Shown one piece after another: positions 10,759-20,927 of a DNA stretch of 56,792 nt (position 1 is its first letter; every line of letters starts with the position of its first letter). The stretch lies in NCBI GenBank assembly GCA_049663365.1, contig JBATDH010000177.1, positions 1 to 56,792 of the forward strand. The letters are read 5' to 3'. Origin of the DNA: Albidovulum sp. (lineage in GTDB: Bacteria > Pseudomonadota > Alphaproteobacteria > Rhodobacterales > Rhodobacteraceae). The translations under genes were made by a program, and so were the position numbers. The notes beneath the pieces were generated by a model. That model saw only the letters and a program-made list of their open reading frames with translations. It was not told where the DNA came from and did no database searches.

Positions 10759-10807
10759 AAGTTGGCGCTTGTGGTCAGGCCACAGGCACCGGCGGTATGC
10801 GTGAATT

Positions 10808-12041
<1,234 letters not shown>

Positions 12042-12043
<2 letters not shown>

Positions 12044-12677
12044 AATGACTTACTGTTTTAGCTTGGCACAAGATGTTGTGCACCGGTTTGAACGAACGTC
12101 TATGATGTGGGGTCACACCAAGATTTTGCAGCGCCGCCAGATGCTCTTTCGTCGGATAGCCTGCGTTTCTGTCCCAGCCATAACCGGGAAATTGTTGCGC
12201 CAAATCCACCATGGTGCGATCCCGCAACACCTTGGCAACGATGGACGCGGCGGCAATCGATAACGAACGCGCATCTCCCTTCACCAAGGCTTCGGCACTG
12301 GGCACGAAATTCCGGGGGATCATGTTACCGTCGATCAGGACGTGATCCGGAACGACCGCCAACCCGCCCACCGCGCGTGACATGGCCAGATGACTGGCGC
12401 GCAGGATGTTCAAGTGGTCGATTTCGGCGACACTGGCCTCGCCAATTGCGACTTCGGCGTTGACGATGATCAATTCGAACAGGGCGGCGCGCTTTGCGGC
12501 CGACAGCTTCTTTGAATCGTTCAGCCCGTTGGGTATGTGGTTAGGGTCCAGACGCACGGCGGCAGCCAGAACCGGGCCGCAAAGCGGGCCACGCCCGACC
12601 TCGTCCACGCCGACAACCCGCAGGTATCCACGGGCGATAGCGGTGGCTTCAAAGCTGAAATCTGGTGTATCCGGCAT
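12042..12677 (-). CDS. rnhB: Ribonuclease HII
   Basis: GVDEVGRGP, DSKKL, DGN, KGDARS, AAASIVAKV, HRRSF. Confidence 0.96.
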
Positions 12678-12713
12678 GGCCGCAGCTTGCGCAAAACCGG
12701 TCGCAGCGCAAGG

Positions 12714-12740
12714 AAAAAGGCGGGTGTAGAAACACCCGCC
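12714..12740 (-). terminator. Rho-independent terminator
   Basis: Minus strand GGCGGGTGT-TTCT-ACACCCGCC-TTTTT, downstream of the 12801-13295 gene. Confidence 0.8.
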
Positions 12741-12800
12741 AAGTTCGCGACACGGGGGGAAACAAGGAAACCCGTGCCGCCTGCTCTGACAAACCCACCG

Positions 12801-13295
12801 TCAGAATTGTAGATTGGCGATCTCGTAACCGTTTTGACGCAGACAACGGGCACCATAGACCGTATCCCAACCGCGCTTGCCCTTGGCTTCAAAGGCGCAT
12901 TCTTGTGGCAAGCCCCGGTGCATTCCGTAGTCAGCAAGGCATTGGCGGGAAACAACCTGGCTCCGGCCGTTATAGCTTTTCAATTCATAGGCGCAGATGG
13001 ACGGCAGCAGGCGATCCTGCCCATTGCGATGGCCACGGCGCCGGTCATGGCGCCGATCCTTGTCCTGATCGCGCAGGAAGTAGGGATTGTAGCTCTGATC
13101 ATTCCTCCACACGGTTCCGGCGTTGCGACGATCTTTCTTCTTGGATTCGTTCAGGATCAGGCCCAGCGCGGCTGCGCCCAATAGCAGCGTCAGAACCTGC
13201 TTGTCCGTTTTGCTGTCGGCGAAGACGGGGGATGCTGAAACGCTGCTGAAGACTATGGCAACGGCAGCAAATGCGGCGATCAGACGAGATTTCAT
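12801..13295 (-). CDS. Secreted hypothetical protein with four-Cys C-terminal domain
   Basis: AGGAG RBS before MKSRLIAAF; signal peptide; hydrophobic LLLGAAALGLIL; repeated LPxxC...CL units. Confidence 0.75.
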   Translation of the reverse strand: MKSRLIAAFAAVAIVFSSVSASPVFADSKTDKQVLTLLLGAAALGLILNESKKKDRRNAGTVWRNDQSYNPYFLRDQDKDRRHDRRRGHRNGQDRLLPSICAYELKSYNGRSQVVSRQCLADYGMHRGLPQECAFEAKGKRGWDTVYGARCLRQNGYEIANLQF

Positions 13296-13479
13296 CGGAT
13301 TTCTCCTTTTTCGTTTTGCGGGGCAGGCGTTCGGTGTGGCAGAACCGCCGGACGTCTCGCGATCAACTAGGGGCGATACCACCCAGACAGGCAATAACGG
13401 CACGGCGCTATCCAATAACCTTGGCCGAAAGACCCAAAGTTATTGAATATCCCGCGCAGGGAAGGCAGCATCTGCGATT

Positions 13480-13725
13480 ATGAAACACACACTCCTCCTT
13501 GTAGCGGCAATGATCGCCTTTTTGTCCGCCCCGACTGCCGATGCCGCTTGCCGCGTCGAATACAAGGCCAAGATGGACAACCCGCTGCGCCTGAATTTCG
13601 GCACTGCGGATTTGCCGGACGCCGCGTGCGCATCCAAGGCCACGGCCGCCAAGGTGCTGGCACCGATTTTGCAACAGCAGGGCTGGACGCTTCTGGCGAT
13701 TGTCGCCATCCTTGGCGGTGGATAG
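13480..13725 (+). CDS. Small secreted two-Cys protein
   Basis: Signal peptide ending ADA; mature part ACRVEYKAK...C...GWTLL. Confidence 0.7.
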   Translation: MKHTLLLVAAMIAFLSAPTADAACRVEYKAKMDNPLRLNFGTADLPDAACASKATAAKVLAPILQQQGWTLLAIVAILGGG

Positions 13726-13749
13726 ACGATACCCAAGGACACCAACCCC

Positions 13750-14454
13750 GTGACGGAAACCTCCTCTGTGGCGACTGATGCCCTACGTTCCGGAAACCGC
13801 GTGGTTGTCTGGGGGATCGTTGCGATTGTTGTCATCCTCAGTCTGGCGGCACTGCTCCTTTTCATGGCCTTGCCCGATGCCAATGCGTTCAATTCCCGAG
13901 TTGAACGGATCTTTGTCGAGAATGATGCTCTGACAACGGGTGACCAGATCAAGCTGCTGGAAATCCTCGCCCAGTCCGGCACGGCCTTTTCCGAGGTACT
14001 GGCCAGCTACCGGACCGTTATCTTTGTGCTGCTGCTGTTTGCGACGGCGCTTTTGATTGCGGCGCTTGTGTTTCTGGTGATGATCGTCGCCTTGAACAAA
14101 CGTATGGGCGAGGTGGAACGCCAGGGCATACAGGTGTCATCGCTTCTTATCAGCCGATCGGAAAACGCCGTATTGCTGAACAACATGGAATTCAAACTGA
14201 CGGCGGCGGCGATTGAGACGCTGTCGGTTCTGGCTGAGGCGCGGATGGACGACGAGGTAATGTCAGGCTCCGAGATCGAGGCGGTGATATCTGGCCGCAA
14301 TGCCGTGGATTGCGATGAAGCGGCGGGTGCCATGCGCATCAAGCGGTTACGCGACGCGCTGGGCAATCAGATGGTGTCGGAACTGCTGGTCAAGAACATA
14401 TCGCGCCGCGGTTATATGCTGGCGATCGACAAGGACGTTATCCGCATGATCTGA
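13750..14454 (+). CDS. Membrane-anchored regulator: two TM helices plus C-terminal OmpR/PhoB-type winged helix
   Basis: TM1 VVWGIVAIVVILSLAALLLFMAL, TM2 VIFVLLLFATALLIAALVFLVMIVAL; wHTH FKLT...MRIKRLRDALG...KNISRRGYML. Confidence 0.82.
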   Translation: MTETSSVATDALRSGNRVVVWGIVAIVVILSLAALLLFMALPDANAFNSRVERIFVENDALTTGDQIKLLEILAQSGTAFSEVLASYRTVIFVLLLFATALLIAALVFLVMIVALNKRMGEVERQGIQVSSLLISRSENAVLLNNMEFKLTAAAIETLSVLAEARMDDEVMSGSEIEAVISGRNAVDCDEAAGAMRIKRLRDALGNQMVSELLVKNISRRGYMLAIDKDVIRMI

Positions 14455-14633
14455 AATGCCGATTGCCTGCCCCAGTGGACCAATGCAATTCGCCACGCTA
14501 ATATGGGCAACCGATCACGCCATGGGGGTTTCGCGCTTTTTCCGAAGATGATGGTTCGGATGCGAATTTGGCTGGTCGAAAAACGGGATGGCCGAGAGGC
14601 GGTATATCCTGAAAAAACGGAGATATGTTTTAA

Positions 14634-15620
14634 ATGACCCCCTTCGCAATTGCCGGCGTTCAGATGTATGTGAACGCCTTGCAGCCCAATACCGACGGGA
14701 TGCTGCACCGGCTTGATATCCTGATGGCGCGCTTTCCCTGGACACAGATGGTGCTGTTCAGCGAGTTGGCGCCGCTCGGGCCTTTGCCACGTTTTGCGCT
14801 GCCCTTGATCAACGAACATGTCGAGAAATTTCAGTCGGCGGCGCGTCGGCATAACGTATGGCTGATCCCCGGTTCGATGTTTGAACGCACGGAAGACGGA
14901 CGCATTTTCAATACTTCGCTGGTGATCAACCCCGACGGCGAAATCGTCAGAGCTTACCGCAAGATGTTTCCTTTCCGCCCCTATGAGACCGAAGTGAGCG
15001 CGGGAACGGAGTTTTGCGTTTTTGATGTACCCAATGTGGGTCGGTTTGGCCTGTCGATATGCTATGACATCTGGTTCCCCGAAACCACGCGGCAATTGAC
15101 CAGTCAGGGGGTGGAAGTTCTTTTGCATCCGGTCTTGACCGGGACCACCGACCGCGATGCGGAATTGTCCATTGCGCGCGCCACGGCGGCCCAGTTCCAG
15201 TGTTATGTGGTCGATGTGAACGGGTTGGGTGCCGGTGGCAATGGCCGGTCTTGTGTGATAGACCCGTCGGCCACGGTATTGCACCAATCTGCGGGTCAGG
15301 AAGATATGTTCCCGATCGAGATTGATCTGGCAATGGTGCGGCGGCAACGCGAAACCGGCCTGCGGGGGCTGGGGCAGGTTCTGAAAAGCTTCCGTGACCG
15401 GTCAACTGACTTTTCCGTCTATGACCGCGCCAGTGGGACCGATGCCTATCTGCACAGCCTGGGTGCGCTTGAAACGCCGCGGCAGGGATCGACGGCGGGT
15501 CTAAAGCCGGATTTGCGCGATGTTTCATACGCTGACACATCACGCATCAAAGGTGTTCCGGCGTTCAAGGGGAGCGAATTGCAGGAACCCTATGTGTTGG
15601 GCAAGACAGTTTCGGGGTGA
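14634..15620 (+). CDS. Carbon-nitrogen hydrolase (nitrilase superfamily)
   Basis: Catalytic triad E (LFSEL), K (YRKMFP), C (ICYDIWFPE); GGAG RBS. Confidence 0.9.
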   Translation: MTPFAIAGVQMYVNALQPNTDGMLHRLDILMARFPWTQMVLFSELAPLGPLPRFALPLINEHVEKFQSAARRHNVWLIPGSMFERTEDGRIFNTSLVINPDGEIVRAYRKMFPFRPYETEVSAGTEFCVFDVPNVGRFGLSICYDIWFPETTRQLTSQGVEVLLHPVLTGTTDRDAELSIARATAAQFQCYVVDVNGLGAGGNGRSCVIDPSATVLHQSAGQEDMFPIEIDLAMVRRQRETGLRGLGQVLKSFRDRSTDFSVYDRASGTDAYLHSLGALETPRQGSTAGLKPDLRDVSYADTSRIKGVPAFKGSELQEPYVLGKTVSG

Positions 15621-15688
15621 CCGATATATAAGTACGCTGCCTTTGAGAATTTCTGTCGTACCTTCGACGAAGCGAAAAGGAAGAAAAA

Positions 15689-18409
15689 ATGCAGTCAATG
15701 AGTGACTACTATTCTGCTGTTCAGCTTCGTTCCGACCGGTGGAGCAGTCTTCGCGAATCCCTTGATCTGTTGGTGCGCAAGCCAGAAGGGCGTCATGCAA
15801 GAGCGACCCGACAAAAGGTCGTGGACCTTTTCGAATCGCTGGCATTGATCGAGGCGTATTGGGCCTTTCCGGGCGTTTCTGCCTTTGATTTCATGCGCCG
15901 TCAGTTTGAACATGGAAAGATTGACGATGTTGCCTTTGCGGCCCGCCGTGTAACCCGCGCGCTGACCACCGGGGCCTATCGCCGCCGCCACATCCCGCTT
16001 GACCGCGATACCGCCGATGCCGAGGAGCATGACGACGAAGCGATGCTGTCGCCCGACGCACGGGCGCTGGCCAAACCCTATTTCGAGGTGATGATCGTCG
16101 ATGACGTGAACGAACAACAGGAACGCTGGCTAAGGTCCAACATGACCGCAATGCGCCGACCTGATGATGCGTTCATTTACGAACCGGTCGTCGTGCCCAG
16201 TCTACAGGATGCGCTGATCGGGGTGCTGTTCAACCACAATATTCAAGCCATTGTGGTGCGCCCCGGACTGCGGATGGAATCCAAGGTCGAATTGTCGATC
16301 CTGACCAAATACCTCAATCGCGCGGGCGGGATCGAAGACCTGGAAGCCCTATCGCCCACGGATTACGGCCCCGAGCTTTGCCGTCTGATCGCCAAGGTCA
16401 GACCGGAACTTGACGCTTATCTGGTGACGGACCGGTCGGTCGAGGATATCGCTGGCCTTGATCTGGGTATATGCCGCCGCGTCTTCTATAATCAGGAAGA
16501 CTTCATGGAACTCCACCTGAATATCCTGCGCGGGGTTCAGGCGCGGTTCAAGACGCCGTTTTTTACCGCGCTCAAGGAATATTCAAAGCAGCCGACTGGC
16601 GTCTTTCATGCCATGCCGATCAGCCGCGGCAAATCCATCACCCGCAGCCACTGGATTCAGGACATGGGGGCATTTTACGGCCCCAATATCTTCATGGCCG
16701 AAACCTCGGCCACCTCGGGCGGACTTGACAGCCTGCTGGAGCCGCAGGGCCCCATCAAAGAGGCGCAGGAACTGGCTGCCCGTGCCTTCGGGTCGCGCCA
16801 GACATTCTTTGCCACCAATGGCACATCGACCTGCAACAAGATCGTGGTACAGGCACTGGTAAGGCCAGGTGATATCGTTCTTGTGGATCGCGATTGCCAT
16901 AAATCGCATCATTACGGCATGGTGCTGGCCGGTGCGCAGGTCTGCTATCTCGATAGTTATCCGTTAAGCGAATATTCGATGTATGGCGCGGTTCCGCTGA
17001 CGGAAATCAAGCATCAACTGTTGAAACTGAAGGCGGAAGGGAAACTTGATCGCGTCAGGATGCTATTGCTGACCAACTGCACGTTTGACGGCATTGTCTA
17101 CAATGTCGAACGGGTGATGGAAGAATGTCTGGCGATCAAGCCTGATTTGATTTTCCTTTGGGACGAGGCATGGTTTGCATTCGCCCGCTTCGGCCCGACT
17201 TACCGCCAACGCACGGCAATGAATGCCGCCAACAACCTGCGTGAAAAGCTGCGTTCCGACGCCCATGCCAAGGCCTATGCCAAGCAGCAGGAAAAGCTGA
17301 AGGATGCCGACGATGCAACGCTGCTCAAGACGCGGTTGGTCCCGCCACCCAAGGCGAGGGTGCGCACCTATGCGACCCAATCGACGCATAAGACACTGAC
17401 GTCGCTGCGCCAGGGGTCGATGATTCATGTCAACGATCAGGATTTCAAGGGCGAGGTCGAACAAAGCTTTCACGAAGCCTATATGACCCATACCTCGACC
17501 AGCCCGAACTATCAGATCATTGCCTCGCTTGATGTGGGTCGCAGACAGGTCGAACTTGAGGGTTTCGAGTTTGTCCAGCGTCAGGTCGAGGCGGCGATGT
17601 CGATGCGTCGCGCCATCTCGACCCATCCGCTTTTGCAGAAATATTTCAAAGTATTGACGGCCGGCGACATGATTCCCGAGAATCATCGCGAAAGCGGCGT
17701 GCACAGCTATTATGACCCCGAACAGGGTTGGACCGACATCTGGGATTGCTGGGAGAATGACGAATTTGTTCTCGATGCCACCCGTGTCACCTTGGCCGTG
17801 GGCGGGACCGGTTGGGACGGCGATACGTTCAAGACCGATATCCTCATGGATAAGTACGGCATCCAGATCAACAAGACTTCGCGCAATACCGTGCTTTTCA
17901 TGACCAATATCGGCACCACACGGTCATCAGTCGCCTACCTGATCGAAGTGCTGGTCGAGATTGCCAAGGGGTTGGATGAATTGTTGGACGACGCCTCCAT
18001 GATGGAGCGTCTGTCCTTTGACCGCCGCGTGAAAAATCTTGTGCAGGATCTGCCGCCCCTGCCGGATTTCAGCCGGTTCCATGACGCGTTCCAAAGCCCC
18101 GGCAAAACCGGCGAAGGCGATATTCGCACTGCGTTTTTCCTCAGCTATGACGAAAACAACTGTGATTATCTCGAACTTAATGGTTCGCTGAAGGAGGCGT
18201 TGGAATCGGGACGCGAAGTTGTGTCCGCCTCATTCATCATTCCCTATCCGCCGGGCTTTCCCATTCTGGTGCCGGGGCAGGTGGTCAGCAAGGAAATCCT
18301 CGCGTTCATGCGCGCACTCGATGTCAATGAAATCCATGGATACCGGTCCGATCTGGGCCTGAGAGTATTCACCAAAGAAGCACTGGAACGACAGAAAAGC
18401 AAAAAATAG
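15689..18409 (+). CDS. Large PLP-dependent Orn/Lys/Arg-decarboxylase-family enzyme
   Basis: TNGTST, DRDCHKS, NCTFDG, WDEAW, PLP lysine QSTHK, TSTSPNY, PYPPGFP; receiver-like wing (VMIVDD); start may be 15698. Confidence 0.9.
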   Translation: MQSMSDYYSAVQLRSDRWSSLRESLDLLVRKPEGRHARATRQKVVDLFESLALIEAYWAFPGVSAFDFMRRQFEHGKIDDVAFAARRVTRALTTGAYRRRHIPLDRDTADAEEHDDEAMLSPDARALAKPYFEVMIVDDVNEQQERWLRSNMTAMRRPDDAFIYEPVVVPSLQDALIGVLFNHNIQAIVVRPGLRMESKVELSILTKYLNRAGGIEDLEALSPTDYGPELCRLIAKVRPELDAYLVTDRSVEDIAGLDLGICRRVFYNQEDFMELHLNILRGVQARFKTPFFTALKEYSKQPTGVFHAMPISRGKSITRSHWIQDMGAFYGPNIFMAETSATSGGLDSLLEPQGPIKEAQELAARAFGSRQTFFATNGTSTCNKIVVQALVRPGDIVLVDRDCHKSHHYGMVLAGAQVCYLDSYPLSEYSMYGAVPLTEIKHQLLKLKAEGKLDRVRMLLLTNCTFDGIVYNVERVMEECLAIKPDLIFLWDEAWFAFARFGPTYRQRTAMNAANNLREKLRSDAHAKAYAKQQEKLKDADDATLLKTRLVPPPKARVRTYATQSTHKTLTSLRQGSMIHVNDQDFKGEVEQSFHEAYMTHTSTSPNYQIIASLDVGRRQVELEGFEFVQRQVEAAMSMRRAISTHPLLQKYFKVLTAGDMIPENHRESGVHSYYDPEQGWTDIWDCWENDEFVLDATRVTLAVGGTGWDGDTFKTDILMDKYGIQINKTSRNTVLFMTNIGTTRSSVAYLIEVLVEIAKGLDELLDDASMMERLSFDRRVKNLVQDLPPLPDFSRFHDAFQSPGKTGEGDIRTAFFLSYDENNCDYLELNGSLKEALESGREVVSASFIIPYPPGFPILVPGQVVSKEILAFMRALDVNEIHGYRSDLGLRVFTKEALERQKSKK

Positions 18410-18438
18410 CAATAGTTGAAAACCAAGGGGAGGCATCC

Positions 18439-19899
18439 ATGCCCAAAAAGGCTCTGAACAATATCTCGGAAATCCGCCGGTTCTTTCATCGCAACGAAGA
18501 CCCGATCTATTTTATTTCTGCGACAAATTTCAACCTGCTGGGCATTGATGAATGGTGCAAGAACTTCAAGTATATCTGCTACATAGATTGCTATGACGGA
18601 CGCCATCCGAACGTTTTCTGCCCGTCAGAACAGCCTCATGCGGAGTTTCAGTCGATCGAGGATATCAACAATTATCTCTTGCAGCACAAAGAGGTGATTG
18701 ACCTGATCAAGCGCCGCGGCGGCAAGCCGAAATTCGTCTTCCTGATGTTCGATGAGGAAACCGAACGGTTGTCGAAGGAACTGGGCGCTGATGTGTGGTT
18801 TCCCAAGGCCAAGCTGCGAACCAAATGCGACAACAAGATCGAAACGGTGCGGATCGGTAACAAGGCTGGAGTGCCGTCGGTGCCGAATGTGCTGGCCGAG
18901 GTCAAATCCTATGAAGGCTTGCAAAAGACCTGTGACAAGGCCGGGATTGGCCATGATCTGGTCCTGCAATCAGCCTTTGGCGATAGCGGTCACACGACCT
19001 TCTTCATCAAATCCGAAGCCGATTTCCGCAAGCATGAGCATGAAATCATCGGCGAGGGTGAGATCAAGATCATGAAGCGCATTGACTGCCGGGGTTCGGC
19101 GATCGAGGCGTGCTGTACGTCGGAGGGTACGATTGTCGGGCCCCTGATGACAGAACTGGTGGGGTTCAAGGAACTGACGCCCTATCGCGGCGGATGGTGC
19201 GGCAATGAGATATTGTCCACCGCTTTCCCGCCAAAGGTCCGCAACAAGGCCCGCGATCTGACGTTCAAGTTTGGTGAACAACTGCGCAAGGAAGGCTACC
19301 GCGGGTATTTTGAACTGGATTTCCTCATCGACAAGAAAACCGGCGATCTGTGGCTGGGAGAGTTGAACCCGCGCATCACCGGTGCGTCATCCATGACCAA
19401 CCACGCGGCCTTTGCCCATGCCGATGCGCCGCTATTTCTGTTTCATCTGCTGGAGTTTTCCAAGGCCAAGTTCAAGCTCGATGTGGATGAGTTGAACAGC
19501 CGCTGGGCTGATCCTGAAATGATCGACAGTTGGTCGCAGATGGTAATCAAGCATACTGACGATTCCGTTGATATTATCACCCATGCCCCGCAGTCGGGTA
19601 TCTACAAGATGCTGGAGGATGGCCGGGTCGTGTTTGACCGCTTTGACTATCACCGCCGCGCGGTGGAAAGTGAAAATGAAGCGTTCTTCTTGCGTATTCA
19701 GAAAGCAGGCGACTATCGCTATGAAGGCGCAGATCTGGGCATTCTCGTTACGCGCGGGCGGTCGATGACCAATGGTTTTCAGTTGAACGAACGCGCGAAG
19801 CGCTGGATTCATGGAATCAAAAGCAGCTTTCACGCCCAGCCCCTGCCGATGGCCCAGGCGGGGCCAGCCGTTGCCGACCCGGCATTCAAGATCATGTAG
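18439..19899 (+). CDS. Stand-alone ATP-grasp ligase (family often labelled 'biotin carboxylase')
   Basis: DNK, GDSGHTT loop, GYFELDF...GELNPR; GGGGAGG RBS. Confidence 0.85.
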   Translation: MPKKALNNISEIRRFFHRNEDPIYFISATNFNLLGIDEWCKNFKYICYIDCYDGRHPNVFCPSEQPHAEFQSIEDINNYLLQHKEVIDLIKRRGGKPKFVFLMFDEETERLSKELGADVWFPKAKLRTKCDNKIETVRIGNKAGVPSVPNVLAEVKSYEGLQKTCDKAGIGHDLVLQSAFGDSGHTTFFIKSEADFRKHEHEIIGEGEIKIMKRIDCRGSAIEACCTSEGTIVGPLMTELVGFKELTPYRGGWCGNEILSTAFPPKVRNKARDLTFKFGEQLRKEGYRGYFELDFLIDKKTGDLWLGELNPRITGASSMTNHAAFAHADAPLFLFHLLEFSKAKFKLDVDELNSRWADPEMIDSWSQMVIKHTDDSVDIITHAPQSGIYKMLEDGRVVFDRFDYHRRAVESENEAFFLRIQKAGDYRYEGADLGILVTRGRSMTNGFQLNERAKRWIHGIKSSFHAQPLPMAQAGPAVADPAFKIM

Positions 19900-19917
19900 G
19901 GCAGAAAGACCGGCCTG

Positions 19918-20916
19918 ATGAAAATTGTCTGGCGCGCCGTCAGTGAAGCGGAACCCGGCCCGATCTGGGCCGGGCTTTTCCGTGAATACTGGCCCTTTTA
20001 CCGGCAATGGTGGCTGGGCGAAGGTGCCGATGTACGCCAGACCTATTGGAGCGGGTTTCAGGCATTAAAAAAGCACATGCCGGAATTGGTGCCGATCTAT
20101 GAAGAACTTTGTACGCTGGCCGGTGGCGGCGATCTCGCCGCGCGGTTCCTGAGCTTTTATTGTCCGCCACCCTATCTGTCGGCCTGTTCACAGGCAATCT
20201 GGCCGGGGGCGGAACCGGTTCTGGTACGGAACTATGACTATGACCCACGGGCCTTTGACCGACTGGTCCTGCATACGGAGTGGCAAGGGCGCAAGGTCAT
20301 GGGCACATCGGACGGGCTTTGGGGTCTGGTTGACGGTGTCAATGATGCGGGTCTGGCGCTATCGCTGACCTTTGGCGGACGCCGGGTGGTGGGTGACGGT
20401 TTTGGTGTGCCGCTGATCCTGCGCTATGTGCTGCAAACCTGCGAAACCGCTGAACAGGCGGGCAAGGCCTTGGCCCGCCTGCCCACCCATATGAGCTATA
20501 ACGTTACCGTCATAGATGCCAAACGCCGATTCCTGACGGCACTCATGGCACCGGACCGCCCAACGCAGATCACCCATGCCGCCGTTGCGACAAACCATCA
20601 GGAAAGGGTCGAATGGGCATCACATGCTCGGTTTACCGGCACAGTCGAGCGCGAACGGTATCTGCTGCACCGGTTGACCCTGCATGTCGAGCCGGAAGAA
20701 AAATTTGTCGGGGCATTTCTGAAACCACCGCTTTATTCCTCGGCGTTCAGCCAAGGCTTTGGCACGCTCTATACGGCTGTCTACCGGCCCCGCCTCGGGC
20801 AGATGGAGCTTAGATGGCCAAAAGCAGCGTGGCCCTTCGATTTGCACGATTTTGTTCCCGACACGCGGGTGATTTATATTCCCGATGCACAGGAAAGCAT
20901 TGCCAGGCGGGTTTGA
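19918..20916 (+). CDS. Peptidase C45 / autoproteolytic Ntn-hydrolase (acyltransferase-like)
   Basis: About 90 aa pro-segment then A-CSQ nucleophile; RNYDY, DGVNDAGL, ATNH. Confidence 0.85.
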   Translation: MKIVWRAVSEAEPGPIWAGLFREYWPFYRQWWLGEGADVRQTYWSGFQALKKHMPELVPIYEELCTLAGGGDLAARFLSFYCPPPYLSACSQAIWPGAEPVLVRNYDYDPRAFDRLVLHTEWQGRKVMGTSDGLWGLVDGVNDAGLALSLTFGGRRVVGDGFGVPLILRYVLQTCETAEQAGKALARLPTHMSYNVTVIDAKRRFLTALMAPDRPTQITHAAVATNHQERVEWASHARFTGTVERERYLLHRLTLHVEPEEKFVGAFLKPPLYSSAFSQGFGTLYTAVYRPRLGQMELRWPKAAWPFDLHDFVPDTRVIYIPDAQESIARRV

Positions 20917-20927
20917 GACGAAACGTC

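Noticed and set aside
18439..19899. True biotin carboxylase (accC)
   Set aside because: Lacks the ANRGEIA and GGGG.G motifs, and no biotin carrier or carboxyltransferase is nearby
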